64,000 bases of DNA from Heptranchias perlo (lineage: Eukaryota): the NCBI RefSeq assembly GCF_035084215.1, contig NC_090330.1:23064001-23128000 (forward strand), in the 5' to 3' direction. Below the pieces are notes generated by a model. It was not told the DNA's origin. It ran no database searches and saw nothing but the letters and a program-made list of their open reading frames with translations. The stretch's first letter is position 1; every line of letters starts with the position of its first letter. This document shows positions 36,601-48,563 of the stretch, piece after piece. The position numbers and the translations under genes are program-made.

Positions 36601-39600
36601 TCATTTAGACTAACTCTTGAGATTTGCCATCAATATGTGTGCCAATTTGACAGCTGTCCCTCCACCTGGTGTTTCTCCTGAAATCTTCCACCTTCCTTCA
36701 CGTTGAGTTTCAGTAACAGGCTAAATAAGAATTCTATCTTTGATCCTTTCTACACCAACCCACACACCACATTCAGCAAGTTTAACTTGGGCTTGCAAGT
36801 GATATTTAGCACCTCCGCTGGCATGTGGGTAGCAAAGGAAAAAGGGGACGTTTCATCTTTTTGGATTTCATGTTTGACTGCTCCCTTACAAGAGCAGTTA
36901 CATTTACTGGCCCAGTGTTTAACTGGGGATATCTAGGTTAAAAACTATCCGTGGAATGGAGAACTCACTTCCCCTGTTGGCTTTCATGATTCTCCAATCT
37001 CAAGGCAGTAGAACACATACTTGTTGAATGGGCTTAATGGCTAATTTGTTGGTTTATTAGCAATTTAATACAAGACCCTTAATTACCACTGCTATCCTAA
37101 ACTAGCACATCAGTAATCCTAGGCAAGAGCTTATTTCCTTCAGCATTTATGAGTATCTGTCTGATCTCAGACAAGGATAAACTCTTCCAGCAAAGCTGCC
37201 AAATATTTGAAATAAGCCTTTATGAAGATTGAATGTTTTGGATTCTCCCTCAGACACCTATCTAACCACTGATTAACAGTTGAAGCAAAGCAAGCTGGCA
37301 CATTGGAGTCTGGTTTTAACCCCTCTTAAAATGCCTGTAAAAAAAGTTCAAATCCTTCCTGCCACTACTTTGTTTAAGTCTTCATTCCAATCTACACCAT
37401 CCATTTGATGGAATTACAGCTGGTCTCTTGCACCACCAGAGGCGAATCTTTCAATTCTACTAAGGAGTTATCTAAAAAAAATTTCATCTTACTACCTTTC
37501 ACCTTTAAAAGCTTTCCTACTACATCTTTAGGATCTCGACATTCCTTCACTTCATGCCAAACTAAATCATGTGCGAGTCCAGTTAGTCAGTGGGCTGAAA
37601 TTGAATTTACCCACAAATTAGATATACATACCATAGCTAGGGTTCCCATTTGGCCACTAGTTTCTTCCTTCAAAAACTGCGTTAGGAACTGATTGACTGT
37701 TGGTACAGTCATGTCAAAGCTCAAAACCTTGAGTAGGAGGTGCTCCATGCGCAAGAGTTGCTTTTTTGTATACGTGTCATCTGTTATGTAGACAAACTCA
37801 TCCATTTCTGGTGGATATATTTCCTCATATTTCCTAGGGGGAGAGAGGAGAAGTTATAAAAAGTTCTAAGTATATATGCAACTGTTCATTTCAAACTGAT
37901 GTTCTTGGAATTTATTTCCATTTAGAGACTACAAATTTCAAATAACAACCCTCGAGTCACAAATCGATATTTTTTTGTTAGAGACATACTTCACTGCAGT
38001 AGTTCGCGATTTTAAGTAATAACTTACGATGCCACAAGCATGGCAGCTGTCCCTACAAGTTGCAGCTTTCCTCGAAGGACCGACATGCATGACAGGAATC
38101 TGTCCAAGTAGTTTATTGCCAAGTACAAAGTTTCAGTTTGCAGACTGTACTCCTCACTAACTTCTACAAGCCAGTCCACAAGGATGGAGCGCATACTGGG
38201 TGTTATGTCTGGCTGCTTCTTCATGTACCCAAACATTGGCCTACATTTTTCCTGAAAAAAAAAGTTTAGAAAAAAAATTTAAACATTGCATCCACTTCAT
38301 TCGGACCTTCAAATATTGGCACCAGAGAACAGGAACCCGTTCTCATTTTTGCCACTCCGGCAGTGCCTAAAATTCTTGCGATTGACTCATTTATTAGTCT
38401 AATTCTCGTGTTTCTCCCCCCACCCAGGGGCGGGAAAGAAAAAGAACGTAGAAACAGAAACTAGAACTCTAGTCGTCTCAATAAAAGCATGGTTTTGCAA
38501 AGTTAGGCAAATGTTTAATGCTTTAAGAACATTACCTCAAATCCTTCAATTAATTCTACGATTTGGATAGGACCTAATGCGGACTGTACAGTTGCAATTT
38601 GTATTAAGATTGGTCTATTTCAGGTCTGCTTCATTTCGATACATCTTCAGGTCAGGCAAAACGTCAATGTCACAAGCTCGCTGCAAAATGCGCTTCAGAC
38701 TGCATTGCCCTCTGATCAACTCATCTATGTTCAAGCTGGCCGGTACTCTGCTGGTTGCCGGTAAGACTATCAATTCTACTGCAAAAGTAGACTTTAAATG
38801 TAGCTTTTGCAGCAGGACGATACACAGCAGTTTTAGGCAGCCTAATGGAGGGAAGTACCAAAAAGACAGTGCCATAATAAAACCCGAAGTATCACTACCA
38901 GGACAATCAATTTTGTTAAATTGTTGAATGTCGCTTCGTAACCTAAAACTGGTTCCTTTGGGATTAAAGCGGCACACTTAATTTAGAGTACTACCCCAGT
39001 GCGGCAAACTCACTTCTGCCTCCCTAAGGTATCGATAAATGTCCTCTGCATATTCTTCCACAGCGAGATAATCTACGTGCTCATCCAAATCGTCATGGGA
39101 ACGCTGCGAGCGAATTGTTGAATCTACCAGCATAGGCGAAACTGCGGAATTAAAAAAAACTCAACAGGTACTTGAAACAGGCGAACAAAAAGCCTCGTGA
39201 ACGTATAAACTGAAATGCAGTCAAAAACAATTTAGTGTGAACGAATGATTTAAAGTTTTAAACCCAATCGTGTTAGCAGCGAAAATAAAAGCTAACTTCT
39301 AATGGTAACGCGTTCATCCCCAGTTAGAAAATAGCTTCAGAGCCATTAGCGTTGAGCGATACCAAAATTCCAGTTCATATCTTGCAGTTACCTTCACTAA
39401 GGTCCAAGAACAAGCAATAGTCGTCCGCTTGTTTGGAGATACTACCAACTTCTCCAAGTTTAGTCTCCAGTTCGGAGGTCAGGTTACATTCGGAGACTTC
39501 GACCTCATCCTGGACTTCATCCTCCATGTAAATACTGAAGTTTGGGTTGGACACAAAAGTAGCCGGACATTCAAAGAAAGTAGTGCTGCTCTTAGCCGAA

Positions 39601-39985
39601 GTGAGGCCATTGTCTGTACCCGGTGCAACGATATCATATGGTTTCAGAGGAGCCTGACGAAACAGGTTAGAATGGGGTCAAGGTCAGACAGTTTGCAAAC
39701 TCGCTGAAATAAATAAAAGCTCCAGTGCAATAATAGTTCAACATTTTTTTTAAGAAAACGTAATCTCTAAGTCTTAACATACAGCTCCAAGACCTAGCCC
39801 CAAAAATAACGGATTTAGTGAATAGATTTTACCTGACAAAGTGAGCGCCTTTGCTGATCATTTTCATTCAGCACCCCCAAAACGGTCCTTTGTTTTTGAA
39901 CAACGGGACCACTTTGTGGAACAATACAAATATTTTCCTGATTAGCGTTTCGCTTTACAGCCCCAGCAGCATTATTCCTGTACAT
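30610..39985 (-). CDS. CCNA1: Cyclin A1, 8 coding exons, 1296 nt / 431 aa: join(39985-39833, 39653-39392, 39141-39014, 38251-38028, 37833-37632, 31822-31709, 30901-30768, 30688-30610)
   Basis: All introns are GT-AG and the frame is continuous. D-box [18 protein letters not shown], cyclin box [25 protein letters not shown] (A1-type residues). SERTM1/SPART context. Confidence 0.95.
30768..30901 (-). CDS. CCNA1: CCNA1 coding exon 7
   Basis: ttgacAG|[35 protein letters not shown]-aa|GTAAGT. Confidence 0.95.
31709..31822 (-). CDS. CCNA1: CCNA1 coding exon 6
   Basis: cacAG|[38 protein letters not shown]|GTAAG. Confidence 0.95.
32612..34435 (-). mobile_element. Decayed CR1 in CCNA1 intron 5
   Basis: [22 protein letters not shown]; colinear with 12797-15829 and 19193 onward. 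Confidence 0.85.
34485..34660 (-). mobile_element. Decayed bipartite LINE-B derivative
   Basis: LINE-B tail joined to the 5' UTR block (AAGAGTCAACCAC..CTGGAGTCA..AGACCAGGTAA). Confidence 0.55.
35535..35770 (-). mobile_element. Old DeuSINE-type SINE
   Basis: GCTCTTCAAATA.TGC..TGGGATCTT..GTCCACC..AACATCTCATCC, as in 56561-56868. Confidence 0.6.
37632..37833 (-). CDS. CCNA1: CCNA1 coding exon 5
   Basis: ccctAG|[22 protein letters not shown]..TLAM|GTATGT. Confidence 0.95.
38028..38251 (-). CDS. CCNA1: CCNA1 coding exon 4 (cyclin box)
   Basis: ttttcAG|[25 protein letters not shown]-tc|GTAAGT. Confidence 0.96.
39014..39141 (-). CDS. CCNA1: CCNA1 coding exon 3
   Basis: ccgcAG|(V)[22 protein letters not shown]|GTGAGT. 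Confidence 0.93.
39392..39653 (-). CDS. CCNA1: CCNA1 coding exon 2
   Basis: ctaac..tcgtcAG|[21 protein letters not shown]-g|GTAAC. Confidence 0.85.
39833..39985 (-). CDS. CCNA1: CCNA1 coding exon 1 (NQEN, D-box)
   Basis: aacc[22 protein letters not shown]|GTAAAA. Confidence 0.88.
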
Positions 39986-40194
39986 GGTTGCTAATGTTAG
40001 TTTAACACAAAGCAAAACAGCTTTAAAAAATATATATATACAGGCTTAACTAATCCTTGACTTGCTTAAAACAATTCCTTCCAAATAAAGTTAAGAGTAA
40101 GCGCCTTAGTAAAGCCAGATATATATGGGAGTGGGTTTAATTGTTTTCCGAGCGCAGAGCAGCTCGCTCCGGTTCCATCGTGTAGCAAATTACT

Positions 40195-40228
40195 TTCAAT
40201 CAGCCCGCGTCTATTGAATCCCACCAAT
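40195..40228 (-). promoter_or_regulatory. CCNA1 core promoter: inverted CCAAT, CDE, 4-nt spacer, CHR-like element
   Basis: Minus strand ATTGG-TGGGATTCAATAGA-CGCGG-GCTG-ATTGAA, about 210 nt upstream of the ATG. Confidence 0.7.
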
Positions 40229-40234
40229 CACCTT

Positions 40235-40346
40235 CCGTTATTACTGCACGTGCGCTTCTAATCAACAGCTCTATGGTAACGCAGCACGCTACTGGTTGTC
40301 ACGTGACTTCCGCATCGCTCCTGCGGCTGCGCGTTACCAAGGTGAC
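40235..40346. promoter_or_regulatory. Upstream promoter module: MYB site, E-boxes, ETS site and two RFX X-box-like motifs
   Basis: CCGTTA 40235-40240; CACGTG 40247-40252; CTATGGTAAC ending 40280; GTCACGTGAC 40298-40307; ACTTCCG 40306-40312; GTTACCAAGGTGAC 40333-40346; CpG-rich. Confidence 0.55.
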
Positions 40347-40679
40347 GGAGAGACAGCATCTTTGGGAAAGTGGTCAAACTACAGAAACATCGTCTGGGTT
40401 ATTAAAGCTGCTGACAGTCGGAGCAGACAATGTCCTAATAGGCTGCACGTGAACATCATTCCGAAATAGAGAGATTTTATTATTGGTGCAAAAAATCATA
40501 ACGTGTATTGTTTTACGTCATAAGTTGCAATGTAGCATAGACACCTGATCAAAATTTGTAATTTTTTGAAAGACATTAAATTTCTGTAATTTACATTGAA
40601 TGCTAGCAAATATCCACCTATGGCTGCATTCATATCACATATATGTGGAAAATTCAACATGCGAAGATATCTGGAAGAG

Positions 40680-41264
40680 ATTCACAGAATCATACAGCAC
40701 AGAAAGTGGCCGTTCGGCCCATCGTGCCTGTGCCGGCTCTTTGGAAGAGCTATCCAATTAGTCCCACTACATTGCTCTTTCCCCATTGCCCTGCAGATTT
40801 CTTCTTTGCAAATATATATCCACTTCCCTTTTGAAAGTTACTATTGAATCTGCTTCCACCACCCTTTCAGGTAGTGCATTCCAGATTTTAACAACTTGCT
40901 GCATAAGAAAATTTCTCCTCTCTCTTCTGGTTCTTTTGCCAATTATCTTAAATCTGTGTGCTCTGGTTATTGACCTTCCTGCCGGTGGAAACACTTTCTC
41001 CTTGATTACCCTATCAAAACCCCTCAGAATTTTTAAATCTTCTATTAAATCTCCCCTTAAACTTCACTGCTCTAAGGAGCAGCTTCTTTAGTCTCTCCAC
41101 ATCACTGATGTCTCTCATCTCTGGAATAATTCTGGCAAATATGCACCCTCTCCAAGGCCTTGACATCCTTCCTAAAGTGTCGTGCCCAAAATTGGACACA
41201 ATACTCCAGCTGAGGCCGAATCAATGATTGATAAAGGTTTAGCATATCCTCCTTGCCTTTGTAC
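40680..41264 (-). mobile_element. CR1 3' fragment
   Basis: HRFKIIGKR..VVKIWNALPERVVEADS; same family as 12797-13299. Confidence 0.88.
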
Positions 41265-42122
41265 ATAGGTTGAATATGGAATTTATCTAAGTAAGCAAAT
41301 ACCTCTCAAGAGCCTTGGGCGCAAGTGAGTTGTGTCAGTCTACTTATTCAGCAATTTGCCATTCAGCCTTCAATTTGTATCACAAATCTGGTGTAAATTT
41401 TGACTGTACAAGAAAAATATGCTATTTGGCAATATTTTATTGTATACTGTAACATCTGTATTTCAATCCAATATTAGCAGGAAAAATGCATTAATTCCAC
41501 CAATATCTTTGTCATCTCTTTGTCATAATTTTGAATATGTATTAACTAGGTTTAAAGTTATGGGCAGTTGTTGCCCAACACCCTTATAAGTCTACAATTT
41601 CTCATGAAGCTAGTTAAAATTTTTAGCTTGCTGGCTTTTGGCACTCTCTCTATATAATATAAATGCATGCCACTGGTGTTGATCTATAATTATTCTGCTA
41701 ACTGCTTGTAAAAGGGCCAGCACCCCATTCTGGTCCTAGATATTTATATTTGCAATGCCACCAATCACAAAAACAGACATTTAGTCTACCAATGGTAAAT
41801 TATTAAATGTTATGACATTAAATGAGGCAATTCTTGGGACTGAGTAGAGCAGAATACTTGTCCTAGTTTTTACACATAAATAAACTGTGCAAATGAAAAA
41901 CTGTCGAGTGTTATACCGAATATCTAAAACAGAACTATAATTTAGTACATAATGATATACAATTTTAAATATCAGGATCATTTTTAACAACCTAATTGTG
42001 ATGTTATGTTTTAGATTTTTTAGTTATATAATCTCCTTTTTCATTATGAGAATATATATGTATTCTGATTATCAAATGGTAAAGTACAGTATAGAATGTC
42101 ATACAAAAGTTTTAGTCTAAAG

Positions 42123-42550
42123 AGTCAGCCTTAGCACTCTCACCTGAGTCAGAAGTTTGTGGGTTCAAATACTAGTCCAGAGACTTGAACACATAATCTA
42201 GGCTGACACCTCAGTACAGCACTGAGGGAGTGTTGTACTGTCTGAGATGCTGTCTTTCAGACTAGATGTTAACCCAGGCCTCATCAATCTTCTCAGATGG
42301 ATATAAAAGGTCCCATGGCACTCTTGGAAGAAGGGCAGCGGAATTCTCCTTGGCGTTCTGGCCAATATTTATCCCTCAACCAACATTACTAAAACAGATT
42401 ATCTGATCATTTTTCTCAATACTGTTTGTGCAACTTGGCTGCAGCGTTTCCCTATATTACAACAGTAACTACACATCAAAAGTAGAGGTACTTCATTGGC
42501 TATAAAGCCTTTGGGAAATGGAAAGGCGCTATATAAATGCAAGTTTTTTC
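42123..42550 (+). mobile_element. DeuSINE-type SINE (SacSINE1/AmnSINE-like) with L2-type tail
   Basis: GGTTCAAAT B-box; Deu-like core TCCCATGGCACT..GAAGAAG..CTGGCCAATATTTATCCCTCAACCAAC; tail AAAGGCGCTATATAAATGCAAGT. Confidence 0.78.
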
Positions 42551-44011
42551 TTTTTCTTTTTTATTGTGGAGCTTCATTGTCTGCAATGAATACAGTCGAT
42601 AAAGCTCCAAGACAATGGATTAATATGTCCCGGATAAATCCAACTTCAAAACCGAATACAGGAAGAGCTCTGAAATAATGTGTACTAATGAATTCTCTTA
42701 TGACAGAAAATAACATAATTATATATTTATCCAACTATCGATTTGTATATCTGTGGATAGATAATTCTGGTCATAGGTCGTGTATTTATACATAAATGCA
42801 CAATTGGAAAATATGTAAAGAAAAAAATTACAATCTGTCAATATCGTTGAAGTATAACGGCTGTAAATGCTTCACTGTTGTTTTGATGCATGGGCACCCT
42901 TTTAAAGTCGAGTCTTCCATTTTACGATTTGTAGGTTACATTTTCGTGCATGCGACATCAAAATATTTATTCTCAAAGAACCGCGAATTTTAAATTAAAA
43001 TTGACTGCCAGTTACGGTTAACATCCAATTAATATTTCGTTCTATGTTGTTTATTATACGACATACAGCAATGTAACTAACAACACTGTGATGCTGGTCA
43101 ATGTTATTGGATCCTACAATGATAGTATGGATTGTTTTACGCATTCCGAATTAAGTCACTCTAATTGTATGTCATATTTTTGTATTAAAGTCAGTATCTT
43201 CTAAATTTTACAATGTTACACGTGCAAGTTATTTTGTCCATAATCGTTGTATGTAAATTCTCTGTTTAAGATGAGTGCATATAATCAAAAGCACAAAATC
43301 CACACCAGCGCAATTAATGCACACGGTATCTAAAGACTGCAGCACAATCGCATCTCAGGCTGTTATTTTGTCAGGTTGATCGTTTGCTCTACTCTGGGAC
43401 CCGAGCTCTATAATTAGTCACCAACTGCTTGCGTTTTATTTCTAAGGACGCCGAGTACCTCAAGCTTTTCGACCTCCGCGTGGTGCAGTTACTATGGAGC
43501 CAGAACTTACACATTGCGTTTCCCTGATCCCTGTAGAATTATATCAAGTCGAGCAGCAGTGATTTTCTACTTTGGCATCTCAGCCTAAGCGCAACACCTC
43601 AAAAAAAAAGAACCTCAATGTTATAATTTCTATTCCTAAACTCGGAAAGATTTAACAATTTCCAATTAATATAATTCCTTTCAGCCTGGTACTATCAAAA
43701 TTATATGACCCGCTTTCTAATATAATTTACATTCCAAATGAAACCTCGGCTGATCTCCCCATCTCCCAGACCAGCTGTAATGCACCCACACTGCCCTGCT
43801 GAGATCAATTAACTCAGCCTAGACGGATCAAACCTGGGACCTTCCTGATCTACGATGGCTAAGAAACATACTAGGCAGTATGTTTATGCACTGAGTCACT
43901 GCAGACAGTTAGGTGAGTTTTTTAAAAAATAAAAAAGCCCCCTCACCCAACTGCTTCCAATTTTCTTCCCTCTCTCCTTAAGTTTATCCTGAGCATGGTT
44001 CCACAGATGCT

Positions 44012-44494
44012 GGGGTAGACTTTCAACTTGCCGCCCGGTTGTAAACAGGAGTGGCGTTTGCTTTGCGGGGGCTCCATACCAAGGTTCGGTTTGGGGCCCC
44101 TACACTTTACTAGACTATGATGCTGCCTACTTAATGCTGCCTACTTAACCTGGTGTCAAATCCACAAACGTACGATCGTGAAAATACATGTTTGCAATAG
44201 GTAAACTAAAATAGTTGACAAAATGATCAGGGATCAGCTATTACTATTACGTAGGTGTCCTTTCAATGGATCCATCCCGGGCCCCTGACTGGCTCGGGGC
44301 CCCGTGCAATTGCACAGGTTGCATGGTCCTAATGGCGCCCTGGGTGTAAAAGTAGCATTGCGGATAGGCCGTCTATTGCAGAACTGCCCTGTTTCATTTC
44401 CATTTCAATTGAATGAAAACCAGGCAATTTCTATATTAGGTGGCCAATCTGCAGCACCAGTTTTATGCGCGGGTGGCTCGTTCAAAATCTACTC
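44012..44494. mobile_element. Palindromic MITE interrupted by a hAT-like MITE
   Basis: GGGGTAGACTTT..TGTAAA[insert]AGTAGCATTGCGGA.. is the imperfect reverse complement of 44412-44494. Confidence 0.6.
44046..44342. mobile_element. hAT-like non-autonomous element, CAGG...CCTG ends, 8-bp TSD
   Basis: TSD GTTGTAAA (44038-44045) / GGTGTAAA (44343-44350); GGGGCCCC subterminal motifs at both ends. Confidence 0.62.
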
Positions 44495-44829
44495 TACTCT
44501 CTTTTACCATGTCCATCTATCTAGTGCCAGGCTAGATAGTATGCGCTGACAGGTTATTTGTTCATGTGGGCACTAGGGGTAGCAAAATTGTAAATTTATT
44601 TTTATAAACATGTTTACAGTTTTGCTATACTTAGTGCACATAGGTCATTTTCTGTCCAACGCTCACCATATCTGCGTAAACACACTTTTCAGCAGGGGTC
44701 ATTAGATAACAATCAGAAGTGGGAACCCCAGCTGATTTTCCTGTCATAACTCAAAAGGCACTGAAGTCAATTGTAGCACCCCTGCTGCCAGTCTGGCTGA
44801 GATCAGATAATTTATACCAGATCGGTATC

Positions 44830-47045
44830 GAAAAAAGCGAATCAGCTGCTAAGATTCTAGGCTTGGGCAAGGCGGACTTCAATGGGATGAGACAGAGACT
44901 GTCCACAGTAAACTGGGCAAATCTGTTAATGGGTAAAACGACTGATGATCAGTGGGAAATGTTTAAAGAAACACTTAACGTGATACAGAATCGGTTTATG
45001 AGGGGCAAGAATTCTACTTGCCCAAAAAACAGCCATGGACAACTAAAGAGGTAAGGGACAGTATAAGACATAAGGAAAGGGCATACAAAAAGGCAAAAAA
45101 TAGCACAGATCCTGGCGAATGGGAAAGATACAAAGATCAACAAAGGGTCACAAAACAGATAATAAGAGCTACAAAAAGAGAGTATGAAAAGAAACTCGCA
45201 AGGGATATCAAAACCAATACGAAGAACTATTATAATTATATTAGGAAAAAGAGGGTGGTCAGGAGCAGTGTTGGCCCCTTAATAACTGAAAGTGGGGATA
45301 TTGTCATTGACAATGGGGAAATGGCGGGCATGTTGAACAATTACTTTGCGTCAGTATTTACAGTCGAAAAAGAGGATAGCATGCCGGAAATCCCAAGAAA
45401 ACTTATATTGAATCGGGGACAGGGACTCGATAAAATTAATATAAGTAAAGAAACAGTAATGAAGAAAATAATAGCACTAAAGAGTGACAAATCCCAGGAC
45501 CAGATGGTTTCCATCCCTGGGTTTTAAAGGAAGTAGGTGAGCACATTGCGGATGCCCTAACTATAATCTTTCAAAGTTCTCTAGATTCAGGAACTGTCCC
45601 TCTAGATTGGAAAATTGCACATGTCACTCCACTTTTTAAGAAAGGAGAGAGAGGCAAACCGAGGAATTATAGACCAGTTAGCCTAACATCTGTTGTGGGG
45701 AAAATGCTGGAGTTTATAATTAAGGATAGGGTGACTGAACACCTCAAGAATTTTCAGTTAATCAGAGAGAGCCAGCATGGATTTGTGAAAGGTAGGTCGT
45801 GCCTGACAAACCTGATTGAATTTTTTGAAGAGGTGACTAAAGTAGTGGACAGGAGAATGCCAATGGATGTTATTTATATGGACTTCCAGAAGGCATTTGA
45901 TAAGGTCCCACATAAGAGACTGTTAGCTAAGATAGAAGCCCATGGAATCGAGGGAAAAGTATAGACTTGGTTAGGAAGTTGGCTGAGCGAAAGGCGACAG
46001 AGAGTAGGGATAATGGGTAGGTACTCACATTGGCAGGATGTAACTAGTGGAGTCCTGCAGGGATCTGTCTTGGGGCCTCAATTATTCACAATATTTATTA
46101 ACGACTTAGATGAAGGCATAGAAAGTCCCATATCTAAGTTTGCCGATGACACAAAGATTGGTGGCATTGTAAGCAGTGTAGATGAAAACATAAAATTACA
46201 AAGTGATATTGATAGATTAGGTGAATGGGCAAAACTGTGGCAAATGGAATTCAATGTAGACAAATGTGATGTCATCCACTTTGGATCAAAAAAGGATAGA
46301 ACAGGGTACTTTCTAAATGGTAAAAAGTTAAAAACAGTGGATGTCCAAAGGGACTTAGGGGTTCAGGTACATCGATCATTGAAGTGTCATGAACAGGTGC
46401 AGAAAATAATCAAGAAGGCAAATGGAATGCTGGCCTTTATATCTAGAGGTCTAGAGTACAAGGAGGCAGAAGTTATACTGCAGCTATACAAAACCCTGGT
46501 TAGACCGCACCTGGAATACTGTGAGCAGTTCTGGGCACCGCACCTTCGGAAGGACATATTGGACTTGGAGGGAGTGCAGCGTAGGTTTACTAGAATGATA
46601 CCCGGACTTCAAGGGTTAAATTACGAGGAGAGATTACACAAATTGGGTTGTATTCTCTAGAGTTTCAAAGGTTAAGGGGTGATCTGATCGAAGTTTATAA
46701 GATATTAAGGGGAACAGATAGGGTGGATAGAGAGAAACTATTTCCGCTGGTTGGGGATGTTAGGAGTAGGGGGCACAGTCTAAAAATTAGAGCCAGACCT
46801 TTCAGGAGCGAGATTAGAAAACATTTCTACACACAAAGGGTTGTAGAAGTTTGGAACTCTCTTCCACAAACGGCAATTGATACTAGCTTAATTGCTCAAT
46901 TTAAATGTGAGATAGATAGCTTTTTGGCAACCAAAGGTATTAAGGGATATGGGCAGGTATATGGAGTTAGATCACAGATCAGCCATGATCTTATCAAATG
47001 GCGGAGCAGGCACGAGGGGCTGAATGGCCTACTCCTGTTCCTATG
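44830..47045 (+). mobile_element. CR1 family A, 5'-truncated, few disablements
   Basis: ORFs 45018-45527, 45695-45964, 46013-46660 and 46648-47106; closely similar to 1141-3218. Confidence 0.93.
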
Positions 47046-48563
47046 GATAATAAACCTTTACGCTAGGTTAGATGAACTATCAGTGAAGACATACCAATGT
47101 GTCTAAATCTGTGAATTATTAATAATTCTATTACAGCCAGCCATGTTGGATATAATTTTCCCTAAGTTGGACAGCACTGCAGCCATTTCCATAAGACAGA
47201 TGTCACCAAGTATTTATTTACATAGAGGGTGATCAACAGTTGGAAATGGTCACCAGAAAGACATTGGATTCTTTTTTAAAAACTAGGTGCTGTATTGGAA
47301 AGCGAGTTGGGTTGGTATTCTGGAAGAATGAGACCAAATGGGCTACAGATCCTTCTTCAACTAAACTTCTCTTGTTGTCTTAACTGTAATTATTAATGCT
47401 GTGAAGGTATAACTGAAGTCCCAACATGCCATGTGGCTCTCTCAATGCAAAGCCAAAGCTCCTTCTCTTTGGTCTAGAATTTCCTGGATTGCATTTACAC
47501 AGAAATTATGCCAAATTTACAATAGTTTCTATGTCGATCACACCGGCAGAAACCTATGCCCAAATTTCCTGCAGAGCTCATTTGCCTACATCGGAACTTA
47601 AGACCATCATAAAAGAAGCGCAGATGCAGCGTCACCAATAGGGGTAATAGAGAGTGGGCTGCTGTCTTCTGCCATGGTGCCTCACTCTCAGAGCCTTTTT
47701 CCTCTGCTGCTCCTCTTACTCTTCAATTAGTGTGCAAAACAGGAGTATACCCATTGGGAAGGTCATTCCAGCAGGTTTGTCCTTCTGAACGCATGAGAGG
47801 GGGATTCAAACATTTTTGGATGCACTGAGGCTGACAGCACTTCGTTCAAGTATAGTGCAGGTCTCAATAAGAAAGTATTTTTTAAAGTTTGCTGTGCTGC
47901 AAGAAAAATATGAAATACAATATGCAATGCTATATAAATATATATCATTCCAACACTGTTATTCCCAATGGACATTTCAGTATATGAATGAATAACGTTC
48001 AGCAAAACTGCAATGCCGATGGGAGGCCAATCTGTGAAAAAAATAATGAACTGTCCCAAACCAGGCCTGCAAAAAAATACTTAATTCTTGAAAAAAATGA
48101 TCTGTAAATAATTGAGGAATTTTTCTAACATTGACCTATATACAATTAATGAATTCTCCCAAAACATATGAACATACAAGGTCCTCGACTTGCGAACAAT
48201 TGATCAATTCTACCAACCCTAAGTTGTAAATAATTGCTGAAGTCTCCCAACCCCGACTAGTGAATAATAAATAAATCTCCTGACCCCAACTTGTAAGTAA
48301 TTAATACATTTTCTTGCCCAGATCAGTAAATAATTGATTAATTTTCCCTTAGGCATATGCCTGGGTAACTGTGCACAACATCCTAAGAGTTAGCAAAAGA
48401 TCTCTTTAGTTTCATATAATGCAGCTCCAATTTTCAGATCCTGGCAAGATTGGGGCTATGTGCATCCCATGGTGGCATCATAAGCAGGCCTAGCCCAAGT
48501 TTCCGAATTAGGCTCCTCCCTAATTTGAATGGATTTTCGGGCGTGATGATCGGTTGGCTGCAA

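Noticed and set aside
38577-38977. Overlapping 116-aa and 120-aa ORFs in CCNA1 intron 3
   Set aside because: No recognisable homology; low stop density in a CpG-rich intron is sufficient explanation.
39654-39703. Alternative acceptor at 39704-39705 for CCNA1 exon 2
   Set aside because: It gives an in-frame stop after 19 codons; the acceptor at 39654-39655 keeps the frame.
30610-39985. Calling the cyclin CCNA2
   Set aside because: The RTVLG D-box, ETLYLA/LDRFLSC residues and SERTM1/SPART neighbourhood all point to A1, despite the A2-like promoter.
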